Of a DNA stretch of 64,000 nucleotides, positions 50,213-58,067 are shown piece by piece. Location: assembly GCA_964291655.2 (NCBI GenBank), contig OZ219802.1, positions 32,001 to 96,000 of the forward strand, written 5' to 3'. This stretch comes from Chloroflexota bacterium (lineage in GTDB: Bacteria > Chloroflexota > UBA11872 > VXOZ01). Position 1 is the first letter of the stretch; every line of letters begins with the position of its first letter. The notes below the pieces were generated by a model. It was given only the letters and a program-made list of their open reading frames with translations, ran no database searches and was not told the origin of the DNA. The translations under genes and the position numbers were made by a program.

Positions 50213-52371
50213 TTGAGCAAATCAGGGGCTTGCTGGAAAGCCGCTACAGGATCTCAACACAGCTCTACTTGGGCATTGGCGGCGCAGTGGCGCTCGTCAT
50301 TGCGGCCAGTCTTGTCGGGTGGTTCTCCTTCAATCGCGTCGGTGAAGTCCAGAGCCGTGTGAACGAAGGCAGTGTCCCCGAAATGGAAGCTGCCTTTCGC
50401 GTGGCACAACACAGTAACTCATTAGAGGCCGCGGCCCCACGGCTGACGAGCGCCGCGACGCCGGAAGACTTCAACCGAGTCGCTGCCAGCATTGACGAAG
50501 CGCATGCCGCGCTGGAAGAGCAGTTGGCAATCCTGGAACAGGCCGACGCGGGAGATGAGCGCTTTGCGCGTGTTCGCGCCCGCGCGGATGCACTAATCTC
50601 CAACATAGGTGCAGTTGAAACCGGGATGTCGGAGTCGTTCCAGCTTAACGATCAGAGTGAGCAGTTGCGCGTAGAACTAGCGACCACGCGAGGCAATCTG
50701 GAAGACATTCTAACCCCCCTGATCGATGATCAGATTTTCTATCTCATCACAGGCTATAGCGTAATCGGAGGGTCTGCTGCGGCGCGGGAAAACCACTTTT
50801 CCGAGGAAGAATTCAATCGATATCGCCACTTAGAAATATTGAGCAGAGAAGCGAATGTCGCTACTGAGCTCTTGGCGAATTCTTATGTTGTTTCCGATGC
50901 TTCTTTTGTCGAGCCACTGCGAGAACGCTTCGAGTCGGCGCAGAGCCGGATCGAACGCAGCCTGTTCGCACTGGTGGATGCGCCGTTCTATGCAGAGCTA
51001 ACCCCAATCTTTGACGAGCTGTTTGCATTAGAGAGTGTATTCGCATTGCGCTCGCAGCAATTGCGGCTCATTCAGCACCAGGATGACCTATTGGCGAGCA
51101 ACAATGACTTGGCGAATGAGCTTCTGGGCGAGGTTGAGGGCCTCGTAAGTGCGGCCTCAGACAGCGTAGAGGAAGCAACACAGGCTTCTACGCAGGCTAT
51201 CCTGACCGGTCGGCTCCTCCTTCTTGCTATCGGTATTGTTAGTATTATCGGCGCACTCATAATTGTGTGGCTCTTCGTTGGTCGGGTCGTGGTGCGCCGC
51301 ATTGAGATGCTTTCGGATTGGATGCGTGGGATGGCAGGCGGCGATCTGGAAACGCAAGTGGAGATTGGGGGACGAGACGAAGTGGCGGAGATGGCTTCTG
51401 CCCTGGAGGTATTCCGCCGCCATGCCCTCGAAGTGCAGCGCCTTAATCTGGTTGAGAAACTCGCCGATGAACTACAGGGCAAGAACGATGAACTTGAGAG
51501 CGTTTTGGCGGACCTCCGCAAGGCGCAAGACCAGATCGTGATGCGCGAAAAGCTGGCAGCTCTGGGTGAACTGACCGCAGGCGTGGCCCATGAAATCAAG
51601 AACCCGCTTAATTTCGTCAAGAACTTCTCCGAATCTTCTGCAGACCTTCTCGAAGAACTACGAGAGGTGCTCGGTGAAAACGGCGGTGAATTGAGCGGAG
51701 ATGACCGCGATCTCATTGATGAGATATCGGATGATCTCACCGGAAACCTTGAGCGCATTCGTTCGCACGGGGAACGCGCCAACCGCATCGTTCACGATAT
51801 GCTATCCATGGGTCGCGGCACCGGTGGCATGCAACCCACAAATCTCAACAATCTGCTCGATGAGCACGCCCGGCTTGCCTATCACAGCAAGCGCGCCACC
51901 GATCCGGACTTCCAGTTGGACCTGAAGCAGGAATTGGACCCGGAGATGGGAGAGGTCGAGGTCGTTCCGCAGGACTTGGGCCGTGTCTTCTTGAATATGG
52001 TGAGCAACGCCTGTGATGCAACCGATGAGCGTCGGCGCGCTATTGAGCAGGCAGGCGGCAAAGACTATAGCCCGACAGTTTGGCTTGTTTCAAAGCGCGG
52101 CGAGGAATTCGCCGAATTTCGCATAAGGGACAATGGCGCCGGCATCCCGCCGGACGTGATTGAAAAAATCTTCAACCCATTCTTTACCACCAAGCCTACC
52201 GACAAAGGCACCGGCCTAGGGCTGGCCATGTCCAGTGATATCGTACGCCGCCGGGGCGGCACTATCCGAGTGCAGTCCGAACCCGGTGAGTTTACTGAGA
52301 TGACCATAGAGATACCCCTTGATCCCGTGGCAATTGAGGAAGACGCCGACGAAGCGGTAGTTCAGGCATAG
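50209..52371 (+). CDS. Membrane sensor histidine kinase (long helical sensor domain, HAMP)
   Basis: Two TMs flanking an about 290-aa helical domain, HAMP (DEVAEM), H-box AHEIKNP, N, DNGAG, FFTTK, GTGLG. Confidence 0.94.
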   Translation: MIEQIRGLLESRYRISTQLYLGIGGAVALVIAASLVGWFSFNRVGEVQSRVNEGSVPEMEAAFRVAQHSNSLEAAAPRLTSAATPEDFNRVAASIDEAHAALEEQLAILEQADAGDERFARVRARADALISNIGAVETGMSESFQLNDQSEQLRVELATTRGNLEDILTPLIDDQIFYLITGYSVIGGSAAARENHFSEEEFNRYRHLEILSREANVATELLANSYVVSDASFVEPLRERFESAQSRIERSLFALVDAPFYAELTPIFDELFALESVFALRSQQLRLIQHQDDLLASNNDLANELLGEVEGLVSAASDSVEEATQASTQAILTGRLLLLAIGIVSIIGALIIVWLFVGRVVVRRIEMLSDWMRGMAGGDLETQVEIGGRDEVAEMASALEVFRRHALEVQRLNLVEKLADELQGKNDELESVLADLRKAQDQIVMREKLAALGELTAGVAHEIKNPLNFVKNFSESSADLLEELREVLGENGGELSGDDRDLIDEISDDLTGNLERIRSHGERANRIVHDMLSMGRGTGGMQPTNLNNLLDEHARLAYHSKRATDPDFQLDLKQELDPEMGEVEVVPQDLGRVFLNMVSNACDATDERRRAIEQAGGKDYSPTVWLVSKRGEEFAEFRIRDNGAGIPPDVIEKIFNPFFTTKPTDKGTGLGLAMSSDIVRRRGGTIRVQSEPGEFTEMTIEIPLDPVAIEEDADEAVVQA

Positions 52372-52730
52372 GGTACACTAGGGACTTCCAGCAGTTGCAT
52401 AAGGAAGTTAGGCTGTAGGGTGCAATCTAGTCGGCAGGAATTGTGCTTCTACTTGGGCAACGCAGATTTCTGGAGTGAGGCACGTTCCGGAATGGTTTTC
52501 TGCGCCCGCAGACTCTTGGTGTACTGCGGGCATGCAGGATACCCCTCGCACAGGAGTGTGCAGAGTCTGTCTTGAATTTACTTGCGCAGTTTGGTACTGT
52601 GCTGGCGGGATTTAATTACGCGTTTCCCACTAAACGACAGGATTACCGCCAATTCAGATACTTGCCCGACGCTATGGTGTGTCCCAGATACGAGAAACGA
52701 GCGAAATGTGCCTGCTAAGCGAGTTATGCC

Positions 52731-54191
52731 GTGAACTTTGATGACTATCAGATTGACGCAGATGTCTACGATGAAATGTTCCTGCCTGACGGCACTCCCC
52801 GTAAACACAGCCGAGACCTTTACGAGATTCTTTGCCAGTTATCTTCCGAAGAGCTGGTTAGCATTCAGGATAGGGTAACACGCTCCTTCTCCAATGAAGG
52901 CATCACTTTCACGGTGTACGGCGACGACGAGGCTGATGAGCGCATAATTCCAATCGACTCTCTGCCCCGCATCCTCTCAAACACTGAGTGGCAGGGAATC
53001 GAAGCCGGTCTCAAGCAGCGAATCAAAGCGCTGAATATCTTCCTAGAGGATGTATACGGAGAGTCTCAAACCAAGAACCTCTATGGTGAGCCGCGCATCG
53101 TTCATGACGGTGTGATTCCCGTGGATATGGTGCGCGGATGCCCGCAATACCGGGTCGAGATGCGCGGGTTTTCGGCCCCCCACGGCACGTGGGTCGCAGT
53201 CTGCGGCACAGACTTGGTGCGCACCAGCGAGGGTTTCTGCGTGCTAGAGGATAACCTGCGCGTTCCCTCCGGTGTATCCTATATGCTGGCCAACCGCGAG
53301 GCGGTAAAGAAGAGCTTCCGCCGCCTGTATCGGCGCTCTCGCGTGCGAGAAATCGAGAACTACGGTCAGGTGCTCCAAACAACCCTACGGGAACTCGCGC
53401 CGGGCGGGCAATCCGACCCCACGATAGTCTTGCTGACTCCGGGTGTATATAATTCCGCCTTCTACGAGCACATCTTCTTGGCTCGCGAAATCGGCGCAGA
53501 GCTCGTGGAGGGCCGCGACCTGCTCGTCAACAACGGCTTTGTTTACATGCGCACTACCGCGGGGCTGCGGCGGGTAGACGTTGTTTACCGGCGTGTGGAC
53601 GACGACTTCCTGGACCCGTTGGTATTTCGCCCGGATTCGCTTCTCGGCGTGCCGGGACTTCTACACGCCTACAAACTTGGGAACGTCGCCCTGGTGAATG
53701 CGCCGGGCACGGGCGTTGCCGACGACAAGAGCATATACGCGTACGTGCCCGACATGATTCGCTACTACCTGGGAGAGGAACCGATCCTTGCCAACGTGGA
53801 GACGTTTCTCTGTCGGCGACGGGAGGACTTGGAATATACGCTTGACAATTTACAAGACCTAGTGGTAAAACGTGTCGGTGAATCCGGTGGCTACGGCATG
53901 CTGATTGGCCCCCACTCTACTCCTGAAGAGCGGGAGGAATTTGCTGAACAGTTGCGCGCGGACCCAGCCGGATTTATCTCACAGCCAGTTCTTGCGCTCT
54001 CGCGGTCGCCATGCTTCATCGAGGGAAACTTCGAGCCACGTCACGTGGACTTGCGTCCGTTTGTGCTGCATGGCCGCGAGACCCGCATTGTTCCCGGGGC
54101 GTTCTGCCGTGTCGCCTTGCGCCGCGGCAGCTTGGTAGTCAATTCTAGTCAAGGAGGAGGAGGCAAGGACTTCTGGGTGGTGGAAGACTGA
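52731..54191 (+). CDS. Circularly permuted type 2 ATP-grasp protein
   Basis: GITFTVY, VLEDNLRVPSGVSY, LTPGVYNSAFYEH, RVDVVYRRVDDDFLDP, GESGGYG, HVDLRP, VNSSQGGGGKD. Confidence 0.93.
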   Translation: MNFDDYQIDADVYDEMFLPDGTPRKHSRDLYEILCQLSSEELVSIQDRVTRSFSNEGITFTVYGDDEADERIIPIDSLPRILSNTEWQGIEAGLKQRIKALNIFLEDVYGESQTKNLYGEPRIVHDGVIPVDMVRGCPQYRVEMRGFSAPHGTWVAVCGTDLVRTSEGFCVLEDNLRVPSGVSYMLANREAVKKSFRRLYRRSRVREIENYGQVLQTTLRELAPGGQSDPTIVLLTPGVYNSAFYEHIFLAREIGAELVEGRDLLVNNGFVYMRTTAGLRRVDVVYRRVDDDFLDPLVFRPDSLLGVPGLLHAYKLGNVALVNAPGTGVADDKSIYAYVPDMIRYYLGEEPILANVETFLCRRREDLEYTLDNLQDLVVKRVGESGGYGMLIGPHSTPEEREEFAEQLRADPAGFISQPVLALSRSPCFIEGNFEPRHVDLRPFVLHGRETRIVPGAFCRVALRRGSLVVNSSQGGGGKDFWVVED

Positions 54192-54219
54192 TCATTGTAT
54201 CTCAAAGGAGAGAGGGTAC

Positions 54220-55617
54220 ATGGTATTCACGGACGTACTTGCACGTCATCGCCGTATCGCAGTAATTGCGGCAGTCTTGATCCTGACATTTCTCTATTTC
54301 TTGCTCCGACCGGCAGTTGCCCACGCAGCGACAGATAGCGAAACTACATTCGTCCTCAATACGTTTGCATTCCTAATCTGGGGTGTGTTGGTGATGTGGA
54401 TGGCTGCGGGCTTCACGATGCTTGAGGCCGGCGCGGTACGCACCAAGAACGCCTCCATGATTTGCCTAAAAAACATCGGTCTTTACTCCATCGCCGGGCT
54501 TGCTTACTTCTTCGTCGGCTACAACCTTATGTACGTCGACGTCGACGTCGAGCGGTTTGGGGGACTGGTAGGATCGTTTAGCTTACTCTATGGCCCATCA
54601 TCCGATGAGCTCGCCTTGCTGGATGGCGATCAAAGCGCTGCGGCGGCTGTGATAGAGAGCGGTTACTCGGTCATGTCGGACTGGTTCTTCCAGATGGTTT
54701 TCGTCGCGACCACCGCTTCCATCATTTCCGGCGCCTTGGCCGAGCGGGTTAGAATGTGGTCGTTCTTCCTCTTCATCCTTGTCCTCACAGCATTCATCTA
54801 CCCAGTGGTAGGCGCTTGGACATGGGGCGGCGGCTGGCTGGCTGATATGGGCTTCCAGGATTTTGCCGGCTCAACAATTGTACACAGCACTGGCGGCTGG
54901 GCGGCGCTTGCGGGCGTGATCATTGTCGGCCCCAGGCTTGGCAAGTATCGCAAGGACGGCACCGTTAGACCCACGCCACCTTCCAACGTGCTCCTCGTGA
55001 CGTTGGGCGTATTCATCCTGTGGTTAGGTTGGTTTGGATTTAATGGCGGCTCGCAACTGGCGCTGGGAAGCGCTATAGATGCAGTCGCGATAGGTCACGT
55101 GTTGGTGAATACTAACCTTGCCGCGGCAGGAGGCGTGATGGCCGCCCTGATAATTTCGCGGCCGCTCTTGGGCCGGACTGACCTCTTTGCCGGCTTGAAT
55201 GGCGCGATTGCCGGTCTCGTCTCAATTACGGCTGGACCCGACATTACGCAGCACTATTGGGCCGTCATCATCGGCGCTATCGGCGGCATCATCTGCACCC
55301 TCGCCATATTGTTGCTTGAGAAAGTCAAGCTGGACGATGTTGTCGGGGCAATTCCCGCCCACTTGTTCGCGGGCGTTTGGGGAACTCTGGCGGTTGCCAT
55401 TGCCGCCGGCGCCAATATCGGCGTGCAAGTTATCGGCATTCTTGCCATAGGCGCATTTGTTTTCATAGTCTCGCTGGTCCTCTGGAAAGTACTCGATGTG
55501 GTTCTCAGCTTGCGGGTTTCCGAGCAGGTCGAGCGCCTGGGTCAAGACACGGCAGAACTGGGATTAGAAGCCTATCCCGAGTTTGTACTCATGCCTGAAG
55601 AGCACGATGATGACTAG
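54220..55617 (+). CDS. amt: Ammonium transporter (Amt family)
   Basis: FFQMVF, SGALAER, DFAGSTIVH and DDVVGAIPAH (twin His), GWFGFNGGS; N-terminal signal-like segment ending AHA. Confidence 0.95.
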   Translation: MVFTDVLARHRRIAVIAAVLILTFLYFLLRPAVAHAATDSETTFVLNTFAFLIWGVLVMWMAAGFTMLEAGAVRTKNASMICLKNIGLYSIAGLAYFFVGYNLMYVDVDVERFGGLVGSFSLLYGPSSDELALLDGDQSAAAAVIESGYSVMSDWFFQMVFVATTASIISGALAERVRMWSFFLFILVLTAFIYPVVGAWTWGGGWLADMGFQDFAGSTIVHSTGGWAALAGVIIVGPRLGKYRKDGTVRPTPPSNVLLVTLGVFILWLGWFGFNGGSQLALGSAIDAVAIGHVLVNTNLAAAGGVMAALIISRPLLGRTDLFAGLNGAIAGLVSITAGPDITQHYWAVIIGAIGGIICTLAILLLEKVKLDDVVGAIPAHLFAGVWGTLAVAIAAGANIGVQVIGILAIGAFVFIVSLVLWKVLDVVLSLRVSEQVERLGQDTAELGLEAYPEFVLMPEEHDDD

Positions 55618-55645
55618 CGTATGCAGGAACTGAGAAACTAAACCA

Positions 55646-56611
55646 ATGCTCTCACGCAGCGCACAGGGCCTCTACTGGATGGGGCGGTATCTTGAGCGGG
55701 CGCAGCACCTCTGCCGCCTTCTGCAACTGCAGACGGCGGCTTTGGTGGACCGCCCCGTCCAGGAAATCTACTTTGGGTGGAGTCGTATTTACATAACTGT
55801 AAATCGGCTGCCGCCCGGCGGCAGCCTGGAATTCACCGATAGCGATGACTTCACGCTGGCAGACTCTTACACGCTGGCGGATGATCTCACCTTCGAGCGT
55901 TCCAATCCCGGCTCCGTCTGGAGTTGCTTTGCCATGGCGCGGGAAAACGCCCGTCAAACGCGCAATTGCGTGAGCGCGGAGATGTGGTCGCACTTGAACT
56001 TGGTCTACCTGCGGCTGCAAGATCGAGACATACAGGACATCTGGACCACATCCCCCGAGAGTTTCTACAGCCGGACCACCAACGAGATTGACACCTTCAT
56101 GGGTGTGGCCGCAGGCACCATGTATCGCGACGAAGGCTGGCACTTTCTGCAGCTTGGTCGCTTCATTGAACGCGCCCAACTCGCAGTCTCGTTGTTTCTG
56201 GCCCAACTCGCTTCTGAAGTCCACTTCGAAGAGTCATCCGAAGCGGACTGGGTTAGCTTGCTACGCGCCTACCATGCTTTGGAAGTCTATAACCGCAGTT
56301 ATAGCGTGGAAATGCAGCCGGGCCAGGTGTTGGATCTGCTTGTCACCGATCCGCTGCTACCTGATTCGTTGTGCCAGTCCCTCGATGTCTTGGGAGCCCA
56401 GCTAGACGCAATTGGCAAGGGTCCAAGTGCCGAATCCAGTGGCGCCACACGTCGGCTTGCCGGTCGCTTAGGATCGTTGATCCATTACGAATGGCCGGAC
56501 CAGGAAGACCGGAAGGAGACCTTGCAGGATTTGGGCGAGTTCTGCCGGGACCTTCACAGCCTCATTGTGCAAACGTATTTCGATTACCAAGTCGACGATT
56601 CCCCTGTCTAA
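55646..56611 (+). CDS. Alpha-E domain protein
   Basis: MLSR...LYWMGRYLERA, ARENAR, LGRFIERA (two ER motifs). Confidence 0.93.
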   Translation: MLSRSAQGLYWMGRYLERAQHLCRLLQLQTAALVDRPVQEIYFGWSRIYITVNRLPPGGSLEFTDSDDFTLADSYTLADDLTFERSNPGSVWSCFAMARENARQTRNCVSAEMWSHLNLVYLRLQDRDIQDIWTTSPESFYSRTTNEIDTFMGVAAGTMYRDEGWHFLQLGRFIERAQLAVSLFLAQLASEVHFEESSEADWVSLLRAYHALEVYNRSYSVEMQPGQVLDLLVTDPLLPDSLCQSLDVLGAQLDAIGKGPSAESSGATRRLAGRLGSLIHYEWPDQEDRKETLQDLGEFCRDLHSLIVQTYFDYQVDDSPV

Positions 56612-56618
56612 TGACGCC

Positions 56619-57560
56619 ATGGCCGGATCGAACCGCTTCGAGATCGCGCACACTTCTCATTACCGGTACTCGTCTCCGGCGCGGCACTCGGTGATGTCGC
56701 TCTGCCTGCAGCCGCGCAACAGCGTCAAGCAGCAACTCGTGCACTTCGATCTGACCACAGAGCCTGTTTCCCAATACAGTGTTGGGATTGATCCCTACGG
56801 GAACACGAAACACGTCTTTAGCGTGCATCAATGGCACGAGTCCCTTAAGATTACCGCCCGCGCCACAGTAGATATGGGTCCGGTCGTCCAGCTTCCTACC
56901 TTCTTGGACTCCGGAGCTTGGGACAAGATTCACGCGTGGCGCGACTCTTTCGCGCTCTGGGACTTTACGCACGATAGCCCGCTGGCGCAGTCATCGCCAG
57001 CCCTCACGGCCTTCATCCAGCGGGAGGGCATCAAGCCTGACGATGATCCCCTTCAGGCCCTGGGTTCACTATCTGAACAGTTGAATCGCGCTTTTGACTA
57101 CGTGCCCGGCAGCACGTCGGTTGCCTCACCCATCGAGCACATCTTGGAAACCGGCCGGGGCGTGTGTCAGGACTATGCCCACGTCATGATTGCCGTTGCG
57201 CGATCGTGGGGCGTGCCGTCGCGCTACGTCTCCGGCTACGTCCATGTAACAGGCGAAGGCCGCGAGCACGCGCCTACCCTCGCGCAGATGCAGAGCTCGT
57301 CGCAGACGCAGACTTCGTCAGATTCGCCGCAGACCGCCACCCACGCGTGGGTAGAGTGCCGCTTGCCCGGCCTCGGCTGGGTGGGATTCGATCCCACGAA
57401 TCAGACCCTGGCCGGCAACCATCACGTCTCTATCGCTATAGGACGTGACTATCAGGACGTGCCGCCGTCCAAAGGCGTCCTGCACGGCTTCGTTGAGAGT
57501 GACCTCGAGGTGGACGTCCGCATGCGCCTGCTGCCGCCAGCGCCGGCCGAAACGGTGTGA
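56619..57560 (+). CDS. Transglutaminase-like protein
   Basis: HTSHYRY N-domain, DPYGN; catalytic GVCQDYAH, HAWVE, FDPTN; GRDY. Confidence 0.93.
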   Translation: MAGSNRFEIAHTSHYRYSSPARHSVMSLCLQPRNSVKQQLVHFDLTTEPVSQYSVGIDPYGNTKHVFSVHQWHESLKITARATVDMGPVVQLPTFLDSGAWDKIHAWRDSFALWDFTHDSPLAQSSPALTAFIQREGIKPDDDPLQALGSLSEQLNRAFDYVPGSTSVASPIEHILETGRGVCQDYAHVMIAVARSWGVPSRYVSGYVHVTGEGREHAPTLAQMQSSSQTQTSSDSPQTATHAWVECRLPGLGWVGFDPTNQTLAGNHHVSIAIGRDYQDVPPSKGVLHGFVESDLEVDVRMRLLPPAPAETV

Positions 57561-57766
57561 CCGGCGGCGTCCCGCGCGCAGCAAGTCGCCGGAACCCGCG
57601 CGGTAGCATTCGCCAACCTCTGTTACCATCGAGATGTCGCTGACAGCGCACACGGTATCGCAAGCGTCAGGGCGAATGTAGATTCGTCCAAGTAAGCCGT
57701 TCTGCCGCGGACTACGCAGCAATTCAGTTTAGGGGCTGCTCGCTCATTCCATAGGAGAGTGCAACC

Positions 57767-57955
57767 ATGCGGAAAACACTGAAGAAGATCACCCACATCG
57801 CGCTCTTCTTGGTGGCAATCATTGTCTTTTATCTCGGACTAGGCATCGGCTTGACGGCGAATCCCACGCTCGGCACCGCCCTCTGGGTTGTCGCCATAGC
57901 CATCGCCGTCGCCAACCTGTATTGGATCCTCCGCGGACGGCTACGCCAGCAATAG
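57767..57955 (+). CDS. Small 2-TM membrane protein
   Basis: AGGAGA RBS; two hydrophobic helices in 62 aa. Confidence 0.6.
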   Translation: MRKTLKKITHIALFLVAIIVFYLGLGIGLTANPTLGTALWVVAIAIAVANLYWILRGRLRQQ

Positions 57956-58067
57956 CGCTGGTGCAATGGCATTGGCCCGAACCGAATGAATGTCCTCAGC
58001 CCTTTTCATGGGTTCGTTTCTGCGGATCGTTGTGCGCAGTGCTCGCTGAGAATGTAAAACTATCGCC

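Noticed and set aside
53051-53095. Short YGE...YGE duplication in the ATP-grasp protein
   Set aside because: In frame, about 9 aa, diverged at DNA level; no evident significance
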